A stretch of DNA of 64,000 bases from the NCBI GenBank assembly GCA_002722595.1, contig PBMO01000021.1:3217-67216 (forward strand), in the 5' to 3' direction. The number at the start of each line of letters is the position of its first letter. Within the stretch, counting starts at the first letter, position 1. This document shows positions 1-10,484 of the stretch, piece after piece. Under the pieces are notes generated by a model, which was not told the origin of the DNA, did no database searches, and worked only from the letters and a program-made list of their open reading frames with translations. A program made the translations under genes and the position numbers. This DNA is from Methanobacteriota archaeon (GTDB taxonomy: Archaea > Thermoplasmatota > Poseidoniia > Poseidoniales > Thalassarchaeaceae).

Positions 1-681
1 TACGAAAGTCATGGAAAACCGGGAGATGTAATAATTTACAAGAAAAATGGCGGCAATATGACTCCTGTAATACACAGAGTTCTGATTAAAGCAGTAGCAG
101 AGCAAACAGTTTCTCCAGAAAGAAATGCTGCAGATCCTTGTATCGCCAATGAGGGCAGTTGGGATCCAATTAGTGTTGATTCTGATGGCTTACCCGGTAC
201 ATGTGTATTAACATGGAGTGTACCTGGAACAAATGTAACGAATGTGTCCAAGATTAATTTGGTCCTCGACTACTTGTGTTTGAATGGTCAGAAACTAACG
301 ATATCCGATTGGGACCCTGGGCATGCCGGTTACCTAACCTCAGGGGACAATTTGCGAACCAATGGATGCAATGTTGATCAGTATGCGGCAGTTGGGGAAA
401 CAACACATACGTGGCGGGGACTTACTGATGAATATGGACAAGCAGTGACGGCAGTTCGCGATGATTGGGTTGTTGGCGTCGCCAGTTCTGAGATTCCATG
501 GGTTGGAGCAGTGAAACTTGGTTTATCTAACAATAGCGACGAGGTTCCGGGTTCATCTTGGACAAAGTTGCTTCTAACTGCGATTGTTTTGCTAGCAATT
601 CCAGCTATTTGGGAGAAATTCGCTAATCAAATTATGGAAACCGCTCCCGAAGTTGAACAAGCCAAGGTTGAGGAAGAGTGA
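1..681 (+). CDS. Signal peptidase I (S26, archaeal SEC11-type), 5' truncated by window edge
   Basis: Frame is open from base 1: YESHGKPGDVIIYKKNGGNMTPVIHRV matches the S26B GDVI..P(V/I)IHR motif; C-terminal IPWVG plus TM helix. Confidence 0.8.
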   Translation, partial: YESHGKPGDVIIYKKNGGNMTPVIHRVLIKAVAEQTVSPERNAADPCIANEGSWDPISVDSDGLPGTCVLTWSVPGTNVTNVSKINLVLDYLCLNGQKLTISDWDPGHAGYLTSGDNLRTNGCNVDQYAAVGETTHTWRGLTDEYGQAVTAVRDDWVVGVASSEIPWVGAVKLGLSNNSDEVPGSSWTKLLLTAIVLLAIPAIWEKFANQIMETAPEVEQAKVEEE

Positions 682-689
682 ATACGGCC

Positions 690-2234
690 TCAGAGTCGTT
701 GGGCAACAATCAGTAACATCAATCCGAAGAACAAGAATAGACTTGTGAATGTAGAGATTCTAGCCACAGTGGCTTCCGTTTTGAGAGGGTGGGGGTCCTT
801 CGAAAATTTGTGGAAAGTACCAACTAATACCGCTAGAAAGTCTTTGAAAAGATGACCACCATCAAATGGGATAATTGGGATCAAATTAGCAATGCCTAAT
901 CCCACATTCCACCATATGAACCAAAACATAAGAGTGATTAATGCCATGATTATTGTAGTACCAAATAAGTCTCCAACAACACCGTCTGCCGCGATGTATT
1001 CCATTTCATGTGGATCCATGATTTGTCCATCATGGTCGATAGGAATCCCAATAATAACAATTGGTTGTATGGCCAAACTTACAACTTTTTGATAACCAGT
1101 AGTCCCTTCATCGAATACTCGTGGTAGGAATAATGTATCAATTCCAATGGATCCGCTTGCCATCCCAGATACTCCGAGAAAGGATTTATTCTCATCAATC
1201 CCAGCATTTTGAATATCTTCATCAGTCCAATTTTGAGAACGCAAATATTCTGCATGACTACCCAGTGTTAAAGTGATATTTCTTTGCACCCTTGTGCCAT
1301 TTTCATCAGGATGACCAAGCACTGTTAACTCCACTTCGTCACCAGGTAAGAATTTCTGAATTTCAGTACTCATTTCTTCACCCGAATGGACAGGTACACC
1401 ATTGAACTCAGTGATAATTTCCCAAGGCTGTAGACCTGCCCCATCAGCGGCAGATTCTTCTAGAATTCCAGAAGCATGAACTCCGGGGTTAACCACAGCG
1501 AGTTGTGTGGCTAATAGACCAATCATTATCCAAGCAAAGAATCCAGCATACAGATTTGTGGCAGGCGCCGCCGCAAATAGGCGCGCACGCTCTTTTCTAG
1601 GAGCTTGTAACAATTCATCATGTTGGGGTTCAACAAAGGCTCCAGCAGGAAAGGGACCGAGCATGAGTAATCCAACAGATTTGACTCTCATACCATGTGC
1701 TCTTGCCTGAAGGGCATGTGCGAATTCATGTATGACTAGAGCTCCTACGAAAGCAATGGCTGGCCACCAAAATGGAATAATTGGACTAATCCCTGGGAAT
1801 GGAATTAGTTGGCTAGCAGGAGCATCTGATTTTTCTACACCATATCTCAATGCAAGTGCAAATGATAGAATCAAGAACAGGGTAATGAATATCATTACAA
1901 TGGCACATGTCCATAACGATATCTCTCCGTATGCCCTCCAAAAGCCCCTAGGTTTTGCTACCTTCTCAATAGTGTCTTGGCCACGTTTTGTTCGCAACAT
2001 TAGCAAGGCACCAAGAACTCTGGAAGCATTCCAGCGGTCTAGGACTCCAAACCTTTCAAGTTGACTGAGGGTGATGACCCATATTCCCAGTGCTGCAAAA
2101 ATCCAGTGGATTTGATAAGCAAGAAACCCACTGATGAATAGTACAATCAGTGCCCGTCTATCACGGGCTCTCAGAGTATCGCTCACACCTTCGCCTGACC
2201 CTTCTGCTTCTTGAAGCATCGTAAGAGGCCTCAA
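690..2234 (-). CDS. Site-2 protease (M50 intramembrane metalloprotease) with PDZ domain
   Basis: HEFAH zinc motif, GAFVEP, NLIPIIPFDGG, central PDZ-like segment (SAADGAGLQPWEIITEFNG). Confidence 0.9.
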   Translation of the reverse strand: MRPLTMLQEAEGSGEGVSDTLRARDRRALIVLFISGFLAYQIHWIFAALGIWVITLSQLERFGVLDRWNASRVLGALLMLRTKRGQDTIEKVAKPRGFWRAYGEISLWTCAIVMIFITLFLILSFALALRYGVEKSDAPASQLIPFPGISPIIPFWWPAIAFVGALVIHEFAHALQARAHGMRVKSVGLLMLGPFPAGAFVEPQHDELLQAPRKERARLFAAAPATNLYAGFFAWIMIGLLATQLAVVNPGVHASGILEESAADGAGLQPWEIITEFNGVPVHSGEEMSTEIQKFLPGDEVELTVLGHPDENGTRVQRNITLTLGSHAEYLRSQNWTDEDIQNAGIDENKSFLGVSGMASGSIGIDTLFLPRVFDEGTTGYQKVVSLAIQPIVIIGIPIDHDGQIMDPHEMEYIAADGVVGDLFGTTIIMALITLMFWFIWWNVGLGIANLIPIIPFDGGHLFKDFLAVLVGTFHKFSKDPHPLKTEATVARISTFTSLFLFFGLMLLIVAQRL

Positions 2235-2258
2235 GACCTAGTGCCTCTTGGGACTAAC

Positions 2259-2438
2259 ATGGTCGAAGCGAATGAGCAACGTTGGATCCAACGTCGAATC
2301 AATACGCTATTACGTGACAGGGATGCTATTAGGCGCATGCTTGAACAAGCGGATTATTCAAAGATCAATCGTGATGTAGGCCGACAAACAGTTTCTCTTG
2401 AGAAAGTTGAAGCATTACTCGCCGGAGAGGAAATCTAA
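2259..2438 (+). CDS. Small hypothetical protein (~59 aa)
   Basis: ATG 2259 fills the gap between genes; protein-like helical charged composition. Confidence 0.5.
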   Translation: MVEANEQRWIQRRINTLLRDRDAIRRMLEQADYSKINRDVGRQTVSLEKVEALLAGEEI

Positions 2439-3067
2439 GCCCGAAATCTTTCCATCCATGTTGGAATTATATCAGGTTCAATTTCTACGACTTTCTCAGT
2501 CTGGGGCTCAATAGAAATTGCACTTTCAACCAATTTTGATAAATTCCCAGTCTCCGAATTTCTGCAAACAAGAGCTAGAAATTTATGCAATGGTAAACCC
2601 TTGTCCCAGTCAAGATGTGGCTTGCCATTTCGAGTTAGTGGTAGTTTTGGTATTCTGCGGGCAAGAGTCGATAACCGTCCAGATAGATTCGTAGTATCAA
2701 CACGAAAAATCCTCCACGAATCACCTCGGACACCTTTCAGTCTGTGCGCGTACAATGGCATAAGCCCACATTTTTCTCCAATTTCTTGCATAGCATTCAA
2801 CTGATCTTCCTTTTGACCAGATAGGTACACTTTCTTGTCAGATCTAGTTTTCACTTCAATTGGGAAACAAATATCTCCTCTAAGGGCTAACAAATCACCA
2901 CTCCCATCCATCCCAGAACCTGCCGCTCTTACTACTAGAAATGGGCGTTGGACAACTTGCATCGCATATGCCCTTTCTATTTCTGTGCATGAACGCGTAA
3001 CGGCTCTAACTCCTGCCGGAGAACCTGCAAGGACGGCGCGTAATTCTCGCTCATAATTAGACGCCAT
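2435..3067 (-). CDS. hjc: Archaeal Holliday junction resolvase (Hjc-like, PD-(D/E)XK)
   Basis: YERELR...VVRAAGSG..GDLLAL..IEVK; start moved to ATG 3067 (MASNYERE). Confidence 0.8.
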   Translation of the reverse strand: MASNYERELRAVLAGSPAGVRAVTRSCTEIERAYAMQVVQRPFLVVRAAGSGMDGSGDLLALRGDICFPIEVKTRSDKKVYLSGQKEDQLNAMQEIGEKCGLMPLYAHRLKGVRGDSWRIFRVDTTNLSGRLSTLARRIPKLPLTRNGKPHLDWDKGLPLHKFLALVCRNSETGNLSKLVESAISIEPQTEKVVEIEPDIIPTWMERFRA

Positions 3068-3195
3068 CGGGGCATCCGGACCATCCGCGGTTATTACGCT
3101 GTTCGCTAAAGTCCGGCGTATCAGAATCATTTCTAGAAGAAAACCGAATTTACGAATCATTTTGTCCGAAGGTTTGACTATCCTCAGTTGTACCC

Positions 3196-3957
3196 ATGGA
3201 CGTGGGTGAGATAATTGTCCGCACCGCGGATTTCCGTTTAGCCTATCGTTTACTTACTATTTTGAAATCTCGGAAAGTTCGTTGTGCGCACATAGAACAG
3301 AATGCCACACTCCCTCCCTCTACACTAGCGTGGTTAGCATCTCCAGAGGAAGTTGAAGCCGCAGCGGACCCTCATGGAATTGCTGTTACATTGGACACAG
3401 TTGAGTCATCAATCGAACATGCTCTCCGTTTAGTTTCGAAAAGTGGCACGATTCAGAATCTGACTTTCGGCATAGACCCAGGTCCTAGACCGGGTCTTGC
3501 ATGGGTGGGAGATAACCGGGTTTTGGGCTCTACACAACTCGAATCTATTGATGAAACAATTGATCGAATATGTTCATTGTCAGGAAATATTGGTCATGTT
3601 TCTCTTATTGTTCGAATTGGAGATGGTGCACGCACAATTTCGAATCGTTTGATGAATGTCTGTCTGGCGAGAGGCCTTAGGGTTGAGCGGGTCGATGAGA
3701 GGCGTACATCGATAGGTTTGCAGAGAAATCAGCATGATACTTCCGCGATTAGAATTGCAAAAATGGATGGTTCACCAGTTACACAAAAACAACCAGTATC
3801 TCCTACAATGGGGGAAGTGAAGGAAGTCCAACGATTAAGCCGCAGGTTTTCTGGTGGGCAGGTTACTATTTCTCAGAGACTTGCTCAGGCAGTTGCAGTT
3901 GGAAGAATGTCCATGGAAGAAGCAATTGGGCGTCAAATTCAGCGGATTAGTTACTGA
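3196..3957 (+). CDS. RNase H-fold YqgF/RuvX-like nuclease-domain protein
   Basis: FGIDPGPRPGLA, VRIGDG, VDERRTS and HDTSAIRIA follow the YqgF motif order. Confidence 0.6.
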   Translation: MDVGEIIVRTADFRLAYRLLTILKSRKVRCAHIEQNATLPPSTLAWLASPEEVEAAADPHGIAVTLDTVESSIEHALRLVSKSGTIQNLTFGIDPGPRPGLAWVGDNRVLGSTQLESIDETIDRICSLSGNIGHVSLIVRIGDGARTISNRLMNVCLARGLRVERVDERRTSIGLQRNQHDTSAIRIAKMDGSPVTQKQPVSPTMGEVKEVQRLSRRFSGGQVTISQRLAQAVAVGRMSMEEAIGRQIQRISY

Positions 3958-3964
3958 TTAGTGC

Positions 3965-5704
3965 TTAAACACGTCGCCTTAATTTTTCCATTAGAGCATC
4001 AGCATCTCCTAGGGAACTCAGAGTTTCTTCGATTCTTCCTACTTCGAAATTAGCTTTGGCATCGCCAACACATTTCTCACAATCTGCTCGCTCTTCATCG
4101 TTCGATTTGATTCCTGCTGCATCCAATTTCTTACGAAGTGATACCCATTCTTGGTGTACGTATTCAAGTAATTCTTTTGCATCTGCACTTGTTGAATCCA
4201 TAACATCAAGATCTGATGTCAGGCGCTCAAGTAAAGTGGCTGCATGTGACCAAGACTTTCGTTTTGTAGCAGCCTCAACGTCTTTGATTCGCTCATCCCA
4301 TAGACTAGCATCGTCATGCCCTTTCCAACGTTGCTTAATTTTCTTCTTCTGTCGAAGTGCACGTTGAACATCACCCATCGCATCTCGTTCCTTCCGGACT
4401 TCTCGAACAATACTATCAGAGAGGCCACGTGCTAAACTAAAGTCCCCATCTTCAAGATGTTTGGATGCCATTTCTAATCGCTCTTCCCAAAGACTGAGAT
4501 CTAACCCTTCTCCTTCTTCCAATATTTTTACAGCATCAGTGTAAGCATCACTGGCTCCTTCACTAGCTTCACCCAAATTATGGACATGTTCTGGTATAGT
4601 TTCAGCAATCTCTAATGCAAGTGCACAGTCCTCTCTAATTAGTGCAGCCTTAGCTTGATCCAATAAATCATGTAATTGCCTGTGCTGACTCCCCTTCAAA
4701 TTAGATATTAGATGACTTGCTTCAGTAATTTTGTCTTCAGCAGACTTCCAATATTCTAGAATTTTTAGGGCCATTTTTTTTGCTCTTCGATATAGCATCT
4801 CAGCCTCACGAAGGCTACCTAAATCACGTTCTCTGTCGCCTGCATCCATACTTCGTTGCGGCTTCTTTGCTATTGGAGCAATAGCCAATGCATCAGCAAC
4901 AGACGCTGCACACACTTTGCGAATTTCTGAGATATCTTCTGACAAAGCGATTGTGCGTTCAATATCATCACTTACTTCAGCAAGAATTCTGAAACCATGT
5001 TCAGGATCTTTGTATCCGACTTCTGAAGCATTACGACACAAACTCGAGGCTTGATCTAGCTTAACTCCATCTGCTTGAAGTTGTAGAATTTTCATCTCCA
5101 TAGCATCCAATTTTTTACTGAATTTTTTCCGCTGTTGACGATCTAAATCACCACCGAATATATCCATCAAAACTGAGATTAAACCAAGAGTGAGTATTGT
5201 TCCAGAAATCATCAGAGTATTACTTTGATATTCATTGGAAATAATCACAGCACCCCCAATCGTGAGACCCCCTAAGGTGACCACACCCCGATATCTCTGT
5301 GCATCTAGGCTTCCACGTAGATTCTTGCGTGAAGCGATTAGGCATGCAATGGATACGAAAAACATCATCCCATGACCAATTTGCACAGTACTTTCAGTCG
5401 CAACAAATTTTGCCCCAATGACTGCAATTGCAGGCCAAGCAAGACTGCTTGCGACTCCTATCCGTCCTCTGGAACGCGCATCGTAGTCAACTAGATCTTG
5501 TAACAAAAGAGATGCAGTTAGAAGCATCGCTACTGGCCCTATTCTTTCAAACAATACGGCATCACCATTTAATGCAGGCCACATATACCATGTTGCACTG
5601 CCAATGGTTGCTAGTGCGCAAGTAAGTGCCAGACTAGATACACGATTATTCTGAATCAGAATCTCATTATCAATCCGAACAGCGAGGGCATCAGCACCTT
5701 CCAT
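3965..5704 (-). CDS. Membrane protein with ~6 N-terminal TM helices and a long helical/coiled-coil cytoplasmic domain
   Basis: 579-aa ORF; hydrophobic N-terminal third, heptad-rich remainder. Confidence 0.7.
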   Translation of the reverse strand: MEGADALAVRIDNEILIQNNRVSSLALTCALATIGSATWYMWPALNGDAVLFERIGPVAMLLTASLLLQDLVDYDARSRGRIGVASSLAWPAIAVIGAKFVATESTVQIGHGMMFFVSIACLIASRKNLRGSLDAQRYRGVVTLGGLTIGGAVIISNEYQSNTLMISGTILTLGLISVLMDIFGGDLDRQQRKKFSKKLDAMEMKILQLQADGVKLDQASSLCRNASEVGYKDPEHGFRILAEVSDDIERTIALSEDISEIRKVCAASVADALAIAPIAKKPQRSMDAGDRERDLGSLREAEMLYRRAKKMALKILEYWKSAEDKITEASHLISNLKGSQHRQLHDLLDQAKAALIREDCALALEIAETIPEHVHNLGEASEGASDAYTDAVKILEEGEGLDLSLWEERLEMASKHLEDGDFSLARGLSDSIVREVRKERDAMGDVQRALRQKKKIKQRWKGHDDASLWDERIKDVEAATKRKSWSHAATLLERLTSDLDVMDSTSADAKELLEYVHQEWVSLRKKLDAAGIKSNDEERADCEKCVGDAKANFEVGRIEETLSSLGDADALMEKLRRRV

Positions 5705-5745
5705 CGCCTACGGCGATGCCTTGTCCCCCTAATAGTGGTCTGCCT

Positions 5746-7989
5746 TCAAGACTCCTCATTTCCCTCTTCTTTTTTTGAGTTTTTCAAAACGATCAACCCA
5801 ATTATTGGTGGAGCGATAATGAAAATCCACATGAGTGGAGTCATAGTAGGTTGGATTGAAAAACCAGAATCAAATTCAATAGTTGTATTATTTTCAAGTA
5901 TTATTTCAACCATTACGGGGCCAGATGACCATTCATCCACCACTAATCGATGAGTCATAGTGCCAGGGCCATCCACACTCGCTTCAACAGCTGTTAATTC
6001 ATTTGTACATGCATCAACGTAACATATTTTGAATCGGGAAACACCTTGGCCATAGTTCTCTAGGGTAACATCCAGCGCGCCATTTTCTCCAGGACCTCCC
6101 TCTCCAACTTTGATGACCTCAATGACTCGATATTTTGCGCCAAATGATGGATCTACCTCAATTGACATTGAATGAGTTCCAGTGTTGCCCGAGGTATCCG
6201 TAGCATTCACAATTAGAGTATGTGTTCCAAAATCTAGAGGCGGGAGAACAAAATTTTCTATTTCACCCCATTCACTTCCGATATCTAACTTGATGTCATC
6301 CAACCACGCCTCCCACTCCAATTCTGTGATGTTGTCAATATCGTCCCAAGATTCAGTAAGTCTAACTTCAATTGAGGATAATCCTTCCACAGGTCGATTG
6401 ATATTTCCGTAATAATTTCCATCCACAAAGATAGCAGGGCGCGGGGATGGAGCATTGTGATCTTGAACTGTGATGTCCCAATGTTGAGTCACTTTATTCC
6501 CTGCTGCATCAACCAGCTCCATTTGCAATTCATATTGAGTAAGTGATTTTTCTTGATGCCTATCGTCAATTGTCAAATGTTGTCCATTCACATGAGAGCC
6601 TTGCAAGAAAATATCGTTCCAAGCATGGTTTCCTATTCCATTATGTGTCCAACCTGTGGTTTTGTTACTAAACCACTTAATTTCAACAGGAGGTGCTGAG
6701 TCATCCCCAGCCTCCACAAATGCTGAAATTACAGAACCAGATGGGATTGTGATGCTTGAATTTCCGTGTTCTATTGCAACAACGCCTTCGATTTCTGGAT
6801 GCGTATATTCCATTTGCAGATTCCTTGTTGGGACTACTCCATCGATGTAAACATCCATTGAATGATTTGAAATCAAACCCTGAGAATCGGTGCATTCTAA
6901 TGTTAGATTCAACCAAGTGCTGGGTTCTAGGCCTAGAAACATCGGATCGATTGTGATATTATTTGATTGTGAATCGATTAATGTATTGCCGATTTGCTCA
7001 TTGGTAGAAATAGAATCATGTAGGATAAATCGACTTTGAGGTTCAACAATTGATGTATCGGTGCAATCGGATTTTATCACAGAATATTGAGAAAATGGTA
7101 GCCAAGGCAAATCCCTATTTTCTCCATGAAAGGATGCAATGGGTGCGGAATTGGTGCCCAATGCAATTGTGACATTGCCCGAGACACCAATTGCACCACG
7201 ATCAATAATGAAATCATCCGGCAAACCAGAGATGTGCTCAGATTGCGGAGAATAACGAATTTCGTATGGAGCAGGGAGAGTGATACGTAAATCGGTTTGG
7301 TCTGAAAAAGATCCTGTGATTGGTACCCAAATTAGCCGTGTTGCTCGCCCATCAGATTGGCCAGATAGATTAGCTTGTGCTGTCCATCCCCAAGTTTGAT
7401 TGTCAATATAGGCCACAACATCAGCATCGCCAGCCATATCGACTTTGTCGTAGGCACAACAATCGACATCTGTATTGTTGGTGACCCATTGCAAAAACAG
7501 ATCAGCGTCATCACTGAATTGGTTGGTAATTTGGCGGTGTATGCCGAGGTGTGGTTTTTCTAAATCAGGATGCCCGAGAGTGTTGGGGACCGAAATCGAA
7601 GATGTCCAAGTCGCATTCGTTTGTGTGGATTGTGAGATAGGTCCGCTGATGTTCAAATGTGATGAACCAGTGATTTCCAAAGGAGATTCATTTCCTACAT
7701 CTAGAAATGAGGTTGCATTAAAGTCCGCATTGAAGATTAAGGAATTATTCTGTGGAACTCCATCAATCAAACGAACCATTGTCCAATTTCCATCAGGTAG
7801 ATGCAAATTGATAGGCGTGTTGGGGTCAACTGAAGTTAAGTTGCCAGATTCATCCCAAAGCAATACTGGACCTGGTGCTTGATTGCTCCAAAGGTGGATT
7901 GTGTCACCTTCTGCCTCCACAAGCGGGAATGGTGTGATGAGTAGAATCACGACGATTATGACCGCCTTTCGCATTGAAACACCCCTCAT
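5746..7989 (-). CDS. Secreted, C-terminally anchored acidic surface protein with Ig/PKD-like beta domains
   Basis: Signal peptide (MRKAVIIVVILLI), DAAGN and DTSGN Ig-like motifs, C-terminal TM followed by basic residues. Confidence 0.7.
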   Translation of the reverse strand: MRGVSMRKAVIIVVILLITPFPLVEAEGDTIHLWSNQAPGPVLLWDESGNLTSVDPNTPINLHLPDGNWTMVRLIDGVPQNNSLIFNADFNATSFLDVGNESPLEITGSSHLNISGPISQSTQTNATWTSSISVPNTLGHPDLEKPHLGIHRQITNQFSDDADLFLQWVTNNTDVDCCAYDKVDMAGDADVVAYIDNQTWGWTAQANLSGQSDGRATRLIWVPITGSFSDQTDLRITLPAPYEIRYSPQSEHISGLPDDFIIDRGAIGVSGNVTIALGTNSAPIASFHGENRDLPWLPFSQYSVIKSDCTDTSIVEPQSRFILHDSISTNEQIGNTLIDSQSNNITIDPMFLGLEPSTWLNLTLECTDSQGLISNHSMDVYIDGVVPTRNLQMEYTHPEIEGVVAIEHGNSSITIPSGSVISAFVEAGDDSAPPVEIKWFSNKTTGWTHNGIGNHAWNDIFLQGSHVNGQHLTIDDRHQEKSLTQYELQMELVDAAGNKVTQHWDITVQDHNAPSPRPAIFVDGNYYGNINRPVEGLSSIEVRLTESWDDIDNITELEWEAWLDDIKLDIGSEWGEIENFVLPPLDFGTHTLIVNATDTSGNTGTHSMSIEVDPSFGAKYRVIEVIKVGEGGPGENGALDVTLENYGQGVSRFKICYVDACTNELTAVEASVDGPGTMTHRLVVDEWSSGPVMVEIILENNTTIEFDSGFSIQPTMTPLMWIFIIAPPIIGLIVLKNSKKEEGNEES

Positions 7990-8960
7990 AGACGCGCCCC
8001 ATCATCAAAGATGATGGTTGAACCAGATGAATCGATAGTTAGTGGAAGGACTTTGTACAATTTCTCCATTTTTCTACGAATTTCTTCTGAGCCTTGGAAT
8101 AGGAAAAAACCACCGCCACCAGCGCCTAGTAATTTGCCTCCGGAAGAACCCATGCCCATGCCAACAGAGTATATTTCATCAAGTGCTCCACCTGTTATCC
8201 CATCGACTAAATTGCGCTTGATTTGCCATGATGCGTCGAGAAGTTTGCCGACAATTGCGTGTTCACTGGTTTGTAATGCATGCCGGACATCGATTGCCTG
8301 TTGGCGAAGTAAATCTAAATCTGCTCTTTTTTTATCGGTAGATTCAGATTGCTTAGCCAATATATTGCTCGCTTTTCTTGTAATACCTGTGTAAACTAAG
8401 AAGTAATTGGATTTCAATGCATCTGAATCTACCTCTATTGGAGTGACGATGACTGAATTATCAGGCATAAAAGAAATCTGATTTGAACCACCAAAAGCAG
8501 CAGCATACTGATCCTGTCGCCCAATCGGTTGTCCAAGAATATCGATTTCAATTCTGCAGGCTTCTTCTGCCAATTGTGCCGCATCTGGTGTTCTTCCTGC
8601 ATAGGTATGTAACGCATTCAATAAACCAACGGTTAATGCAGAGGATGAACCGAGGCCTGTGCCACGAGAAGGAATGTCTGCGATTGTAGTAATCTCCACA
8701 CTGTGGGTAACGCCGGTCAATCGCATTGCTTCTCGGACAAGTTCATGTTCTAGTCTCTCAAAATCATCAACAATTTCGGTTTTTGAGTAACTCACTCTGA
8801 CACTATTGTCAAATCTTCTATTGACAGTGACATGTATGTGCTTAGATAACGCCATAGAAGTCACCATGCCTCCGTTTTCGCTTGTTTCATAGTAAGCTGG
8901 AAGATCAGTCCCACCTCCACAAAACGAGACGCGAACTGGCGTCCGACTGATTATCATCAA
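7986..8960 (-). CDS. GHMP kinase, HddA (heptose-7-phosphate kinase)-like
   Basis: RTPVRVSFCGGGTD, PSRGTGLGSSSA, GRQDQY, GKLLGAGGGGF. Confidence 0.85.
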   Translation of the reverse strand: MMIISRTPVRVSFCGGGTDLPAYYETSENGGMVTSMALSKHIHVTVNRRFDNSVRVSYSKTEIVDDFERLEHELVREAMRLTGVTHSVEITTIADIPSRGTGLGSSSALTVGLLNALHTYAGRTPDAAQLAEEACRIEIDILGQPIGRQDQYAAAFGGSNQISFMPDNSVIVTPIEVDSDALKSNYFLVYTGITRKASNILAKQSESTDKKRADLDLLRQQAIDVRHALQTSEHAIVGKLLDASWQIKRNLVDGITGGALDEIYSVGMGMGSSGGKLLGAGGGGFFLFQGSEEIRRKMEKLYKVLPLTIDSSGSTIIFDDGARL

Positions 8961-9075
8961 CTCGCGGACTCAGCAATCCCCCTTCAAGTCCTCGGCTCCG
9001 ATTCCTAAGGAATCGGTCGGTTGTTCCACCCCAATGAATAAAGTCGGGAGGCGTACGAGAGGTTACGGCGAGCCT

Positions 9076-10011
9076 ATGGAAAGCGACCTCATCACAATGG
9101 CAGATTTAACTAATGAAGAGATATTATCACTTCTTGATGATGCAGAAGAATTACTCCCAGTGGCACATGGTGAGAGGTATCTCCCCCTTTTACAAGGCAA
9201 GTTATTGGCGAACATGTTCTTTGAACCAAGCACTCGCACTCGCATGTCGTTTGAAACTGCGATGAAGCGACTTGGTGGGGATGTAGTTAACCTTGGAGAC
9301 GTCAAGTCATCATCCGCGGTAAAGGGGGAAACACTCTATGACACCATGAGAATGGTTGATGGTTACTGCGACATTGCAGCACTTAGACATCCTCGTCAGG
9401 GGGCTGCTCAGTATGCTGCAGATGCTTGTGAAATCCCAATTATGAATGGAGGAGATGGAGCTGGACAACACCCAACTCAAACTCTTCTCGATTTATTCAC
9501 TATCCGCCAAGCACATGGCCGATTGGATGGTTTGAATGTTGCATTAGTGGGCGACTTAAGATATGGTCGCACAGTTCACAGTTTATCGCATGCTCTTGCA
9601 AGATTCAATAGCAGTCTAGTTTTCATTTCCCCTGAACAATTGCGGATGCCTTCCGAAATCGTTTCTGATTTGACTGCAATGGGTGCCAAAATCGAAGAAA
9701 CATCTGATCTGTATGGGTCAATAACTGATGTAGATGTGATTTACATGACTCGAATCCAAAAAGAAAGATTCCCAGATGAAGATGAATATTCTAAGGTAGC
9801 AGGAATTTACAAATTAACAGCACCTGACCTTTCTGGTGCGAAAAGTGAGATGATTGTCATGCATCCTTTACCACGTGTAAGTGAGATATCTCCGGATGTA
9901 GACTCTACTAGGCATGCTCGTTACTTTGAGCAAGCTTTCAATGGTGTAGTAGCAAGAATGGCTTTGATGTGTAGATTATTGGGTGTAGATGTTCCAAGAG
10001 GTGATGCTTGA
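9076..10011 (+). CDS. pyrB: Aspartate carbamoyltransferase catalytic subunit
   Basis: FFEPSTRTRMSFE, HPTQTLLD, TRIQKER, MHPLPR. Confidence 0.97.
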   Translation: MESDLITMADLTNEEILSLLDDAEELLPVAHGERYLPLLQGKLLANMFFEPSTRTRMSFETAMKRLGGDVVNLGDVKSSSAVKGETLYDTMRMVDGYCDIAALRHPRQGAAQYAADACEIPIMNGGDGAGQHPTQTLLDLFTIRQAHGRLDGLNVALVGDLRYGRTVHSLSHALARFNSSLVFISPEQLRMPSEIVSDLTAMGAKIEETSDLYGSITDVDVIYMTRIQKERFPDEDEYSKVAGIYKLTAPDLSGAKSEMIVMHPLPRVSEISPDVDSTRHARYFEQAFNGVVARMALMCRLLGVDVPRGDA

Positions 10012-10484
10012 TGTCAGGGGGAGAAATGCGTCGTGTAACTGCGATTAACAATGGCACAGTGATAGATCACGTCCCTGCAGGCGCCGCCCTTTCAGTACTG
10101 CGAATGCTTGGAGTCTCAGAAGATCGCGCGTCCCCAGTCAGCCTTGTTATGAATGTCCCCTCTTCAAAACATGGAAGGAAGGACATCATCAAAGTTGAGG
10201 ATAGGGAACTGACTCAAGACGAATTAGACAGACTAGCCCTCATTGCCCCAAAAGCAAGTGTTGCAATTATTCGTTCATATTCTGTTGCCGAGAAGCGTGT
10301 TGTTACCATTGGAGAGGAACTTGTCAATGTTGCAAGATGCACATTCTCAAATTGTATTACTACAAATCCTCGAGAGCCGCAAGATCACCGAATCCGAGTT
10401 GTAGCCACCGAGCCACTAGAACTACGATGTAGATACTGCGGTCGGCCTCAAGAAATAGCAGACTTAGTCGAGAACCTGATTTGA
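10011..10484 (+). CDS. pyrI: Aspartate carbamoyltransferase regulatory subunit
   Basis: NGTVIDH, KDIIKVE, zinc Cys pairs (CTFSNC, CRYC); start overlaps the pyrB stop. Confidence 0.95.
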   Translation: MSGGEMRRVTAINNGTVIDHVPAGAALSVLRMLGVSEDRASPVSLVMNVPSSKHGRKDIIKVEDRELTQDELDRLALIAPKASVAIIRSYSVAEKRVVTIGEELVNVARCTFSNCITTNPREPQDHRIRVVATEPLELRCRYCGRPQEIADLVENLI

